Shown piece after piece: positions 25,748-39,604 of a stretch of 64,000 nucleotides of DNA (within the stretch, counting starts at the first letter, position 1; each line of letters starts with the position of its first letter). This stretch comes from the human T2T-CHM13v2.0 reference genome, Homo sapiens. The translations under genes and the position numbers were made by a program. The notes below the pieces were generated by a model, which saw nothing but the letters and a program-made list of their open reading frames with translations, made no database searches and was not told the DNA's origin. The DNA is taken from NCBI RefSeq assembly GCF_009914755.1, contig NC_060937.1, one strand, 5' to 3'.

Positions 25748-28419
25748 ATTTGTCTCCATACCTGTCAATCAGCTCCAGCAATGAGCAAATCAGGTAGCCC
25801 ATAGGGGAACCTGGGCCCAAAGAAAAAAAAAATCCAAGGTGATCTAAGGTGGATGAAACACTTATGCATTTATTTTTTAAGGCAATATTCTTGAAAAAAA
25901 CATATGGTATAAAAACAGGTAATTTGGATGTCTTAACAAATATAGCTTTTCATCTTTGAATAATTTTATTTTTCATACACTTGAGGGATATTGTTTAATT
26001 TTAGTCCTTTTTGTATTTTCTTCAAATTATCAGGCTAGGCTAAAGTACTTCCAACTACTAAATAATACTCAGTGGCAAATTTACTCTAAATTTACTTTTT
26101 AATTTTTAATTTGCTTGGCATGTATTATTTCTGGGAATATTCTTACATATGTGAAAGCAGCAAATATTTAAAGTTTAGAAAAATTTTAAAATTCAAGATT
26201 GCTAAAAGATACTTAGAAATACCAAAGTTATAGTTATGAATTTCAACACTAGATTCATGGATTTGGTCATAAGCAAAAGGCAAACTGATATTTCAAGAAC
26301 AAAACCTCCAGGATGTTGAGTAACACTCTCCCTTTCAGGTAGAATTTCTGTGGTTTTCTCCTGGTGCTTATATTTCAGCTTGCAAGATAAACCCTCTGTG
26401 AATGATGACACAAGGAAAATCCTGCTTGCTTAATAATGAAGCTTCCAGAACTGATGTTTCTTTGGGGGGTAATATCCAGTTATTGTGTCTGCAGAATCCT
26501 GGGACGGGGAAGATGCTTAGTAATCGTTATCATGATGATCACTCTGTATGGTTGCTGAAAGAGAGGGGCCTACATTAGACCTCCTACGCAGCACAGCAGT
26601 ACTAGCTGGCAAAAAGTATTTTCCAATGGGTAAAATATTTGATTTAGTTTATGCATGGCGTTATGAAGCTAACTTTTGCACATGGTGCACAATGCAATTA
26701 ATATTTTGACCCTAATCATGAAAAAATGGGAAGTTGGCACCAAATTCACTTTCTAAGTTAATTGTAAAGTTGGGGCCTTGGGATCCTTCTTGGAAAGTGT
26801 GGTCCCTGCCAGGCGCTTTCCTTTGCATTAAATCTGTGACTGCACTAACATTCATTAAAAGGGGGGAAATAACCCAATCAACAAGTTTGCTTAAACGGAC
26901 GACCTTTCTTTGTTAAAACTTGTACACAAAAGAGATGTTGTATGGGAAGTAAGGACTAAGAAAAAAACATTGTAGCAATTTGCTGAACATGGAGACTTAT
27001 TGAGGATGCAGTCCTGAATAATACACACTAGCTTTGCTCTTCCTCTTTAGTCTGTGTGGAGAAGCTATGAATCATTCATGGTCTCCCAGCTGAGAAGGGC
27101 TTCAAAGGGGATGGTTCTGATTGGATGTCCTGTGTGAATTGCCATGCTGCAGAATCTGCTACACCCCTAGCACTGGAGGGTGGAGGAAGCACTTTCATCT
27201 GGGCCTCCAAAGTGTTTAGGGTCACAGTTCACCAGGAGATAACGATGTAGATGTACATTCAGAATTAGCTGCAGAGATACCTGTGTAGTGCGGTGTGGAA
27301 AAGTGAGCCAGTTAGATCCCCAGTGGATGCTGTGAATCAATTACTGTATTCTGAATACAAGGTTGGCTGCAGGGGATAAACAGATGTCAGAGAATTTTTC
27401 CCTAATAAGACCCTGGTAATAGAAAAGCACTGTCAGCTTCATTTTGCATTAAAAATCTCATTTCCTCTTTATATGACCAATTTTATTAGGTCCCTAAACA
27501 AAGATATTTTGTGTAACTGTTAGCAGCATAATGTGAATGGTGTCACTAAATTTCATATTTTCAGGTTTAGTCACAAAAATCAAGAGGGAAAATATGAGTC
27601 TATCTAAAGTCCCAACTTGAGGAGGTCTAATCAAAAGGGCTCTATGTGAGTCTGTTCACATGCTGATTGGTAATGCTTGATTTTCATTTTAAATCAGAAA
27701 TATCAAAATTCTTAAAGAATATAATCCTCAGAGTGTAAATTAAAGCTAAATTTTAAATTTCTCTGCACTTTTTCATTTTCTTTCATGGGTGACACTTCCA
27801 TAAAATTGCCCTAACTAAAGCTCAAACACCATTTATCTTTTCTGGGTAATTTCTTTTTTGAAGCCTTATGCTGGGAGATACCTCTGACATGCTAAATTTC
27901 CTAACCCAAACATCAATCTTTTAAAAAAGGAAATTGACACTCGAATCCTTCCCTCTATACCCTTTGGAGGCCCAAATTGAAGTAGAAACATCATTTTGAG
28001 CTTTCTGCTAATATCCAATTAACCTCTCCCTTCATCTGCAACTCTCCTAAAAGAGAGAGAATCTCCTTCAGGCTGTCAAGTAGTATATTTTCTGCATACA
28101 GCTCCAAGTGGAGAAGGCAGAAGCAGAGAAGGTGATGTGAGTTCACTTTACAGTGTCTCCTATTGATTTGCTGAGAAAATATAATTTTAAGATTCACTAG
28201 ACTCCGATCCTCCAAATGTAAAAACCTTTGTTTCAAACATCTAAAAGTGAAGACAGGTCAAGGAAGAGCTATTTCTTTATGATCAGAAGAAGACAAAAAT
28301 AACGAAACTTACATGGTGAAATTATTCAAATGACATAGACAAATAAATTCATATAAGTTGGAAATTTATAATGACAAAGTTAGAGCTCCAGGGATGAAAA
28401 GACGTTAAAATTCCCAAAC

Positions 28420-28481
28420 ATGCACGCGCACACACACACACGCACGCACACACACATACACACGCACACACACACAAACAC
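28420..28481. repeat. (CA)/(CG) compound microsatellite
   Basis: Direct read; alternating purine-pyrimidine. Confidence 0.9.
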
Positions 28482-28733
28482 ATTAATGCATACATATATG
28501 TGTTTATAAATAAAATTGTAAAGCTTAAATATGTTGACTGATCTGATGTTATTAATTTTGTTATTGTCTATTTATGTGTGACTATTATGCATTCTCTGGA
28601 GCTATACTAATTGTGTTGGCAGAACTCTACAGATCATGGGGCTAAAGTCGAAAGGAATGCTACTTTTGCAATACACAGTTGGTCAGCTCATTCCCCAAAA
28701 GAAATTTTAGTATATAACAGACTTTGACAAAGC

Positions 28734-28749
28734 TGCAGCAGGTGGCGCT
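28734..28749 (+). promoter_or_regulatory. Candidate CTCF binding site
   Basis: tgCAGCAGGTGGCGCt closely matches the CTCF core CCASYAGRKGGCRS and retains a CpG in a CpG-poor window. Confidence 0.55.
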
Positions 28750-30402
28750 CTTCCCCTGGCATGGGTGCTGGCTGGAGCAATTCCCTCCGGGTGGGTTCCC
28801 CTGTTGGATGTACTAAATTAGGGTGATGCGTTAGGGCAAAAAACAAACAAACAAACAAAAACCTTGAGATTGTAATTGTTCAAGAATGATGTCCTGTCAG
28901 TATCACAATCTGCATAATCCAATTCCTCTTTCCAGTATTCTTTTTTCAATTTCATTTTAATTTGGCATTCCTCATTTATTAGACTAAATTTTGGGTAACA
29001 AGTTGCTGGTACACTTGAGTACCTCCTATGTTTCTATCCAGAAGTGGATACATTTCTATCATTCCTTCAATCACTTTTGCACAGATACCATTCCAGAGGG
29101 TTTCTTTCAAACAAAATGAATGGCATTATTTATTGACCATAGGTGCATGCCAATTAATAATAGATAGATTAAGCAAGGTGAAAAGTAAATCTTCAAGACT
29201 ATTGACAGATTGAGTATTAAGTAAAGCATTCCTGGAAGATGAGAATTTAAGTGGCATTAGTCCATAGGTAATAATATTTCTGTAGAGGTTTAAGTTAATT
29301 ATTCATATTTATCACAATTCTAAAAAGCTGCTTTAAAAAGTGAACCCCAAATCAAAAGTATGTCCCCTTACTACAAACCCCATTATTCTGTTACTACAAC
29401 ACTCTCTGTTTATTGTTAAGAGATGAATATATGTACTTATCATGTTGAGGCATAAGGTTTTTATGGATAATTAATATCGTAGCTATTAAAAGAACTGATG
29501 ATAAAAAATTAATAATAAATTAGCTAGCTACTTTGATTTTTATTTGAGGCCTCCTCATCTATTTTTTTATGTAAAGCACAGGTTGCCTTGCCATCTTGAA
29601 GAAAACCCCGAAGAATATGGAAAACAAGTTTTCTTATTCAATTTCCAAAGTAGAAAATAGGAAAACTAGTCACTGAGACAGAATGAACTTCGATACAAAT
29701 ATTAAAGTAGGAGTTCACAAGGGCAAAGTAGCAATTTTTCAGTTTGGAGACTGAAGGTCTATGAAAGAGTGTGCCTACAAACAAGAGCTCTGATTTGACT
29801 TTGTTTGCTTTCTCCATGTCTGGGAAATAACTCTAATATAAATGGAATTTCTTGATTGTCCACGAATAGCATTAACAAAATTAATGTTTGATTTACTACT
29901 ATTTATAGGTCACTAAAATCTCAATTGCACGTTAGATGAGGAAAGTTCAGATTTTATTTATTTGTCCTAGATAAGGGCCTACTAATTTTCCTCATTATTT
30001 CTTCCCACAAAACAGACATTTCCTATGGTAACATTTTTTGACTAGAAAATTTGAATATTTTCATGGATAGTTAAATTCAAGGTGTTGAAAGTGTGGTAGG
30101 TTCTCTTAAGTGGTTTGAAAATAAAAGATGACATAGATGAACATACGTGATATTGAAATATACAGCCTAACCAAAGTTTTAAAAAATCTTTCAATCACTT
30201 ATCTTGATGTGTTCGTCAGGCAGAGAGATCATGATCTGCATAGTACCTATTAAATAGAAAGGACCACGAGGTTTAAGTGTCCCAGAGCAGAGAGATCATG
30301 CCTCATTAATTCAGTGTAGCAACATCTTTAGCACACAGTTCATGCTTAATAAACAAATAAAGAATTGAGTCAAAACCACTTACATGAGGAATGGAGTTTA
30401 TT

Positions 30403-30577
30403 TCTTAATGGTATTGATACATAACAGTTGTACACTTAGGAGGGATACAGGTGATATTTTGATACATGAAGACAATATGTATTGATGAAATCAAAAATAG
30501 AGATATCTATCACCTCAAAAATGTATCTTTTCTTTGTGTTGAGAACGTTACAATTCTTCTAGCTATTTTTAAATAAG
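30403..30577 (-). mobile_element. L1MA 3' end fragment
   Basis: 'gtgatattttgatacatg..atctatcacctcaaa..tttctttgtgttgagaac'. Confidence 0.8.
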
Positions 30578-31857
30578 ATTCTTTAATTCTAATTAGATAG
30601 CAGTGTATGGTGAGCATTTAACAGTTTTGGGGGGAATGTTGTAAAAAGTCAAAGTTTTAATATTTTAGTCTAAAATAGGGAGAACGATAATTAAACAAAT
30701 GAATGTTTTAATGATTTAAAGTTTGAAGAAAGATAATTAAATAAGTAAATGTGGTATGATGGTTAAGTGCCACCTAATCTGGTTATTGGTGTCAAGTATG
30801 GCCTCTCCGGGGTGATGGCATCTAATCTGAGCCTAGATCTGAGGATCTTGTAGAAGTCAGTGGATAACATGAGGGTTCATGGTGCAGGACAGTGATGGAT
30901 GATCAGGCAGAAGGAAGAATATGTACCAGGAAGCACATAATTCAATGACTTGTCATTAAGTAAGGCCACTGGACAAAATTAAAAATGTCAGCTGATATTT
31001 TTCATAAATCTGAAGGTAATTATGAAGACACAGATGGGGAGAGAAAGAGCTTCTGAATTAAAACTATGATTGGATAAATAGAAATGATACAGAAATGGTC
31101 CATAATTTTACAGGAAGTTTGTTTTATATGTACTTTCAGTTATTCAGACATGATAATAGCCAGAAAACAAAAACAATTTGCCAGAATCAAATTATGGTAT
31201 TTAAAAGGACACAACAAATGATAGTTTTATAGCATTAAATATCAATAAACAATAAACAATCTTCTCTAAAATGTGGAAGATAAAAAGTGCTACCACAACA
31301 ACATGAAAATCATTGAAGATCAAATTATAGGTTTATAATGTTATGGTGGTATCCAATTTTCTTTATGGTCTTAACTTGTTCATGAATACCCAAGGAAATG
31401 TAAGTCATCTATTACGAATAGGAAGAAAAGCATTCTCTTGCTCCTCTGTTTTTCTTGTGTTCAAAGAGACAGCTAAGATGTCAAATTCATATAATTTGTA
31501 TAATTCTTCTTTTATCATTATTGTAAATTTGGTAATAGAAAATAAACACAGAGATAATCCATACATTTTAAGGTTATTTGGCTGACAGTGGGGTCTCACA
31601 CAATCTCTAGTGGGGGAATGATACAGTCACACATCTGTCATCTCAACATTGGCCCTCAGTTGCCCACTAACATGGATTTAGCTGTTCCTCAGTAGAGTTT
31701 TGTCAAAGGAAAGCTACAATCAACACTACTTAAATAAGAGGCCTACTGAAAGAATCTGGTGAGACTGTTAAAAGAGTAATATGACACAATTTTATATTGT
31801 TTGATTCTGTTCTATTTGTGGTATTAAGGAAATGGATGTCAATTTACTGTTCATTGG

Positions 31858-32017
31858 CAGGACCAGCTACATAATTTTGGGGGCTCAGGGCAAAATGTAA
31901 ATCAAAGGTTGCTTATTCAAACATTCCTAAGACTCAAGACTGTAATAGCAGGGCAATAAGCCAAGAGTGGGGTTATATACGGCTGCATAGGCTTGTATGT
32001 GCAGGAAGCCTACCCTG
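31858..32017 (-). mobile_element. MER45A (hAT-Tip100)
   Basis: CAGGACCAGCTACATAATTT...GAAGCCTACCCTG terminal inverted repeats. Confidence 0.8.
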
Positions 32018-35000
32018 ATTCCTGGTATGGTACATCGGTACAAACCATACTTGGTTAATGATAATGAGATGTTGGCATAAACATTCACTCTGAGAAGGAA
32101 GCCCCTGAGAAGTCTACCCCTGAAAGAGCAGCATGCCACTGTTGGGACTTCCCCATTAGACTAAGAGGTCATCCATCAGTTTCTCTGTACTATAAGGAAG
32201 AAGATGGAGGCAAAGGTGAGTAGAGAGCACAAGATTAGGCAGCAGGTATCAAAGTAGGGTTTGTTTCTTTACATTAAAAGATAACTAGTAAACTGAATGA
32301 ATATCAAGCAAAGAAAAATTCTGCCTTCAATATAATACGCTGATTTTTATAAAAAAGTATACTTTTGATTTTCCAAACATCCCTCTGCACACAACTCCAT
32401 GTGTTAGAAGAGAATTATCAGCCATGAGTATAAAGTATACAATAAGAACAATTCCCAGTTGTCTGATTGCAAGCAAAAGATTTATTTGAAAAGAAGAATT
32501 GTCATTTCAACTTCATAAGCAATTTGGTTTCTCTATGTGCTTATTGATAGGTGCTATTTTCACAATTCAGCACTAATTATTAACTTGTATTTTCAGGAGG
32601 GTATGCATATAATTTTCACTATTCCCAAGGGATATTTGTAAATAACACTTTAGAGCAGAGGCTGAAAATGTGTTTAGCTCTCACTTCTAGTTGCATATTA
32701 CCTCCCATTATAATCCTGTTGAGAAGTCATAAGTGTTAGCTGGTATTATACCTCCACACTCAAGGTACCCATATTTCAGAAAGAATAGAGGAGTTTTCTG
32801 TTAGAGGAGCATGGAATGAGAAGTTGGTCCCTGGATACTTTTTCATTTTAGTGGCATGCCATTAGCATCTTGAATATTTCAATGTATGCACAAGAAAGTT
32901 CATAAGGGGATAAAATAACAATAATAATGTCAGATTTACATAGAGTCTTATACTAAAAACTCTTAAACTGCTTCCAAAGCAGGATCAGATCAGATACTTA
33001 TCTGAGCTCCTTTTCATTTTCTTTTTTTATTTTTGAAAAAATAGAAATACAAAATACTGGTAATTTACAGTTATATTGCTTTCTTTTGCACCGCAAGAAT
33101 TCATTTTATTACTTAAGTGTAATTTTTCTAAAAAGAGATGAAAACATGCTTTTTTTTCTATTTGATCATCAGTAACTAGAACATTGTTTATTTGGAGTTT
33201 TTCTCTGTGTATAATTTAAGTTAATACTATAATTTTAAAATGCTGAATGTAGAATTTTTAATGTTCCTAACACTATTTTGAAACCAATAAAATTAATCTT
33301 TGCTATTGAATTAAATTCAGTAAACAATTATTGGAACTCATTATGACTAAAGTATATACCAGGTGTCTAAGGAATGCTAAAGTGAGCAAGGCGTGGTGAC
33401 TGGCCTTCAAGACATTCATGATCCACCAGTATCATGGGGGTCATCCACAAGCCAGCTGTGGTAAGCCCTCCTGGAGAATTATAAGCACGATGTGATGAGA
33501 GAACAAACCAGGAAATTATGTCCTGGAAAAGGTAACATATAAGCCTTAAAGAATGATTAAGAATTAAAATGTTCTGCATGGCAGATAAAGAGATGAGCCT
33601 AAGAAAGTATGAAGGAAAGAGAATACCAATGAATTGGGAAATAATGATCAAGTTTATTGGTTTCAAGGGTCTTTTAAGAGGGTAGAAGGACAAATATGTC
33701 TATCTCCATAATAAGCTTCTGCAATTCATTCTTTATATAATGTGGAATTTTATGAAATGGGGAGTGGCATTATGTCAGACTTGTGCAAGATGGACCAGAA
33801 GAGATAAACCACATTCAGATTGTGAAAGAATCTTTCCTAGTTTTATCAGTGTCTACGCTTAAATATCCTGAAATCTTTTATCCTTTAGAGAAAGCAGGTA
33901 ATGGTGGTGGTGATGGTGGTAGTAGTGAGAAACTTATAACTAAAACCATATTCAGGAAGTTATAAGCAGGTTTTGTCAAATAGACATGCTTCTGTGAAAA
34001 GATAAGAATGATGTAGTTCAGTTGTTTGCTAATAGCAATTTTAAAATGGGTTAAAAAACCTACCTTCTTCAGAAAAATAACAACTTCTGTGTTTGCTTTA
34101 CTACTTTTAGATAGAGGAACATTTCAGTCTAAACATTGCAGTATAAAATTAATTTTAAATAAGTGAATTATAAATTAATAGTTTAAAAAAATTTGCAGAC
34201 TATTTTGATATATTTGTGAGTGACTGAGGGACATCAATGAATGCTCTCTTGACCTGCAGTGATAGTATTACTCCAGAAATGAAATAAAAACTTTTCTCAA
34301 GCATGAGAACAAAGGACATCATTCATAACTCACAGATTAGTTTACGTATAAAAAATATTCTATCTACATCATTGAAGCAAGTAATTGTTAAAGAAATCCT
34401 TTTCCATGGATTATGAAATCTTTCAATACAGCTAAATTGTGCAAGCTCCATGATTACTAATTTCAAGTTTGAATTTCTGCTTCTGACCTGTTTTTTTATT
34501 TTGTTCTTCAAATCTTATTCCTTGAGGCTTGCCCCACCCTCTGTGGTTTTATATCTTTTCTCCTGAGTATATGCATAACCTATTTGTTTGGTTACTCAGA
34601 CTGAAGCTTCAGACCAAGGAATTGGAAGTTGCTGCCTCTTGACAGCTTGTGCTTTATTCTTCTATCATAAAAAGGATCCTAAGTAAAGAACACCAGCAGT
34701 GACTTGTGTAGCTTCTGGGCATTTTTTTGTTCTTGTGATCTAAAGTCCACTTATTGTGTTTTCTGTTATTTGGAGGTCATCAAACTTTGATCACTAGAGG
34801 GGAGTGTGGGGTTTTGCCTTGATCTTGGAGATCACACTACAGGCTGATTTTTAAAAACACATATGAAGGGTTTATTGTAAAATAAAGCCATGATTCATTA
34901 GTGTCAATGTAAATGTTTAAGAATTGTGTAATTCAAAACAGCACTGATTAGAATTAATTTATAAATGGAGATGGAAACATGGCTAGTGATACCCAAAATC

Positions 35001-35959
35001 CTCAAATTCATTTGGATATGCCGTAAAATCTGATGTTGCTCTCCTTTTCTACATCCATGTGGCCAGATGTGTACACACCTACCGTTGGGTTATCACATAT
35101 TAATATGGAATGGAGGTGGTCAGAAGGGTCTCCATGCCATGTGCCTATTTTGTCTACTGGTTACTGCATGCTATAATCATATGGAAAAGATTAAATTTCC
35201 TTATCTTTGAATGATAGTACAATTGCTTTTGAAAATGTAAATGAGTGTGCCCCCCAATAAATGGAAGCAACAAGTTCTTTTATTTATTAAGTCATTTATC
35301 ACCAGAAAAAATTTACAGATCATGAAGGAACCTGGGCCTTAATGACCTTCATCCTTGCCCAAGGTCACTGAGCTAGACAAAAGACATGTTTCTCTAACAT
35401 TCACCTCCTAAGACCAGTTCAGTGCTTCCTTCCATGCCAATATGTATTATGATACATTTTTTACAAATTCACAAACCAAATAATATTTTAGCAGAGATGG
35501 ATTTTTTGTTGTCTAAATTATTAATTTTAATTATACAGATAGAATTAACAAATGGTTCCCAAATTTATCTTGATTCCATTGTATTGATAGATTTTCTACT
35601 TTGAGGGAGCATTTCATGACAGTAAAGAAGAATTAAGATCATTTGAAACCCAGTGAGAATTAGAGGATATATGAAAGTATAGATTTTTTTCTTGTCTTTT
35701 GAAATGAGTGGTTTTAGGCTTACCTCTTCCCGAGTATCTCCAAAATGTTCCTTTTATTATTATTCTGTTTTCTATACTCAAATAGAAAACAATCTAAACA
35801 AAGTACTGAAGAATAATCAGACACCTTCTAAGTAGAAAGCAAACCTAAGTAATTCAAATTAAGAAATATGTTTAAATGTCTCAGATTTGCCTGTCACCTC
35901 CAGAGAATGGGTTTCCTTCCTCCTGGCTGGGAGGACTACCCATGACATGAATTCTCTCA

Positions 35960-36420
35960 AATATTTATTTAATCACTCATAAACAAATTAAATGGTGGCT
36001 ATATATATAGAAAGTGTTGCATCAAATTCAGGTAGTGAGCAAAGACAGAATATAAAACATATAATCCCTGGCCTGAAAGAATTACCTGTATTATTAGGAA
36101 AATATACACAACTTAAAAAATAATTTTGAAAAATACGATTAAAATTAAAGATGTCATAAATATCATATTTGCTAGAAGAAGTCAGAAAGTGGATGGATAT
36201 TGAAAGATGGTTAGAATTTGGTAAGTGGAGAAACGAAAAGAAGGCTTTTAAGCTAAGTATAGATAGAAAGACTTGGCGCCAGCAATATGTGACCCAGGTT
36301 TGGAGAATAATGAGTTGGTCAATTTGGTTCCAATGGAGAGTGTGTAAGGAAGTAGCTGAAGTTAATTTTGAAGCAACACTAAAAGACCTTGAATGCCACA
36401 AGGAACTATGCATTTGATTC
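35960..36420 (-). mobile_element. L2 remnant
   Basis: Purine-rich antisense L2 ('gaccttgaatgccac', 'ataatccctggcctgaaagaatta'). Confidence 0.55.
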
Positions 36421-37714
36421 CTACAGACAAGCATCTTTCAAACGGTTCCTTTGTATGACAATCCTTGTTAGGAATAAAGATCTGTGGTTGAATAATTGGA
36501 AAAGTCCTGTCAACCCTGACCCTTTTGGAGATTTCCATGAACATCTGAACATGTTAAAGGTTCTGAGACCTATTCTTAAAAATGCCATCTGATCATGTTT
36601 AACTTACCATTTTCTCATTACTTTTAATTTCAAAACCCCTTGCTTTGCCTATCATTTGTGGCATCATATGTTCTAATGTGGAATATTTCTCAGAAAAAAA
36701 TTTGGGTTTTTCTGCAGAAGAGAACAATAAAATCTTTAAATTGGAAAATAGTACAATGGAATTTCTCTTTTAGAGAGGTACATGTGAAAGTCATATAAAT
36801 TCAAATAACTTCTGTCCAATTAAGCAGGAACTGGGATATACAGTCTGTCCAATTTTGTGCTTAATGGGTTGTTCACGGTGGTGTTTACCATTTCAACAAT
36901 TGGATTACTAGATTTTATTGTTTTCAGGCACTATCAAATATAATAAATCATTGTAATGTTCAACAAGTTTGACAAGATTCTCCCACTAGAATTTGTAAAG
37001 TGATGAGTCGCTTCAAATATTAACACGCTTAATAAATATTGAATGACCTCCTATAGTAAAAAGAAAACTTATTTACAAAGCAAAGGAAAATGAGCAACAC
37101 ACAAATGTGATAATCATAGCTTCTAATTGATGAAGGTGAAATGGAGCAAATAGGAGTCTTTAGGCTCTATGCAATGATAATTAAAGTCAGTTAAACCTTT
37201 TTGTAGTATGTTTATTATTGTCATTGTCTTGAATGAGATGTTTACTCATGTTTGGTAATTATGCCTAAGTTGGGTTTTAAGAGAGAATCTTCACATTCTA
37301 ACCCGATGCTGTAGAAGAATGAGAACATTTTTCTAGGAAAGGTATTTTCTAAGCCAGGCTCACCTTGATATTTAGCTCTGCTTGGGATTTTAGCTTTTTC
37401 AATCTACGTCAGATTGAAAGGCATTAAGATTTCCTCTCCCGAAAGTTTCTAAACCCACAAACATCACTTAGTCATTTGGCAATGTCAATGTAATGCTAGA
37501 GTAATAACCCTGCCATAAAAAGCAGGGTTTCTGAAATCTATCACAGAAATAACAAGCGTGAGTAGACATTAAAAATAAAAGCTTCTTCATAGCAACAACT
37601 CAAGGGTTGGTAAGAATTAAGAGAATAACATAACAGGAGCTTATTTCTAAACTGCTATACCTTCTGAAAATACTTGGATTTATTCATTCTTCAGTAAAAG
37701 TTCATTTATGTATC

Positions 37715-37812
37715 TATTTAAAGTGAAAAATAAAAATCGTACATATTTATGGTGTACAACATTATGTTGTGACATATGTATACATTGTCTAATGGCTAAA
37801 CCAAGCTAAAGT
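37715..37812 (-). mobile_element. L1MA 3' end fragment
   Basis: 'atatttatggtgtacaac..atatgtatacattgt..aatggctaaaccaagcta'. Confidence 0.75.
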
Positions 37813-38109
37813 TTTGCAGATAGGAACTATCAAAGCTATCATAACTATCTTGTGTGCAATGAGGAAGAGGAAAAGAAATGTGTACTTATACATACATGGA
37901 GACACACACAGACCAGCAAAGGGTTTTTGAAAAAGGCTTCTAAGTGTTCTATTAACCACAAGATCAATTCCTCCATAGGAAGAAGGGAGGAGAGGAAAAG
38001 GCAAGGCTTTCATCTGAGAGTGAGGAAGACCTTGAGAAATTAGTGCATTAATATCAAAGTGAATGAAATTTTGATATAACAAAATATTTCCAAATCAGTA
38101 AGCAATTCA

Positions 38110-38485
38110 TCTAGATCCATAAGGGTTCCAGAGAAACAGAACCAATTGCATATATAAGTAAAGAAATTCATTGCAAGGAATTGGTTCACACACTTGTGGG
38201 GCTGGCTGGGCAAGCTTGAAATCTGTAGGGCAGGCCATTCGGACAGGCAGACTGGAAACTCTCAGGCAGGAGCTGAAAACTCAATCCACTTCCTAAGTCT
38301 TTTTAGCTAATTGAATCAGGCTCACCCAAATTTTTCAGAATAATCCCTTTTAGAGAAAGTCAACTTTAATTTTAGACGCTAATCACACCTGCAAAATACC
38401 TTCAGAGCAACACCTAGATTAGGGTTTGATTGAATAACTGGCTACTACAGCCTCGCCAAATTGACAAATCATATTGACCATTACA
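38110..38485 (-). mobile_element. ERVL LTR (MLT2C/D type)
   Basis: 'ccagagaaacagaaccaat', 'aaggaattggttcacaca', 'caaaataccttcagagcaacacctagatta..ccaaattgaca'. Confidence 0.85.
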
Positions 38486-38924
38486 GCACTCTTCTCTCAA
38501 GTACTAAAGGTTAAATTAATTAAGCCGTGGTCCATTTGGCCTGGTCTATGTATGTATTTAGCTATAGATTTCTAGAAGTCAGTGATATATGTGTAGTAAT
38601 ATATGTTAAGGATGTAAGAACTCCCATTCAATCTGTTAAAATCATTTTGTTAAATCTGTTAAAATTATTACTAAACATTGTTACAAGCACTTTAGTACAT
38701 ACTGGAGTCTTTCTAGTGAGCAAAGCAGACGTGATCACTGAAATGATAGTGGAACATAGAGACAGTTTATATCAATGTTTTCAATTAGTGTTTTCCCAAT
38801 TACTAATTATAAATCATCAAGGAAAAAAAAGTATTCGGCTTTGTACAAGCAAGCTAGATTGAGTATTAAGCATTCATTCATTCAAAGAACCCATATTAAA
38901 TCTTTATTTTTTTCAAATATCATG

Positions 38925-39289
38925 TTTTTAAAAACTAAATTTAATTGCATATATTTAAGGTGTATAACATGTTATGCAATATGTATAGATATTTCAAAGG
39001 TTACTATCGTAAAGTAAATTAACATATCCATTTTCTCACATACTCATTTTTTGTTTTTGTGGCGAGAGTAGCTAAAATCTACTAATTTAGCAGGAATCCT
39101 GAATACAGTACAATTTTGTTACCTACAGACTTCGTGTTGTGTATTGGATTTCTAGACGTGTTCATCCTGTATATCTGGTACTTTGCATCCTCTCACCTAC
39201 ATCTGCCAATTTGCTTCCCACTCCCCACCTTGCTCTTGATAGCCACTGATTTATTGTATGCCCATGTATGTATACATATTTTGTTTGTA
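38925..39289 (-). mobile_element. L1MA 3' fragment
   Basis: 'atatttaaggtgtataacatg', 'gagagtagctaaaatctact', 'tctagacgtgttcatcct'. Confidence 0.8.
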
Positions 39290-39604
39290 CAGTAGTTTTT
39301 CCTTCTTCCCAGTTTTGTTTCTAATATTTTAATTACCTATTGTTAATTATAATATAATAAAACATTGCAAGAGAGAGACCACACTCATATAACTTTTATT
39401 GCAATATATTTTTATAATTGTTTGATTTCATTAGTAGTTACTGTTGTTAATCTCTTACTGTATCTAATTTACAAATTAAACTTTATCATAGGTATGTATG
39501 CGTAGAAACATAGTATGTATAAGGTTCTGAACTATCTGTGGCTTCAGGCATCCACTGGGGGTCTTCAAATGCATCCCCCAAGGTAAAGAAAGATGGTGAC
39601 TAGT
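39290..39604 (+). mobile_element. MER44 (TcMar-Tigger7 family)
   Basis: 'gagagagaccacactcatataacttttatt', 'ttcaggcatccactgggggtctt'. Confidence 0.85.

Noticed and set aside
30220-30300. 14-bp direct repeat gcagagagatcatg
   Set aside because: There are only two short copies and no recognisable element between them; not CRISPR-like, and no clear TSD.
35988-36434. 148-aa minus-strand ORF
   Set aside because: It overlaps an L2 remnant and has no recognisable domain.
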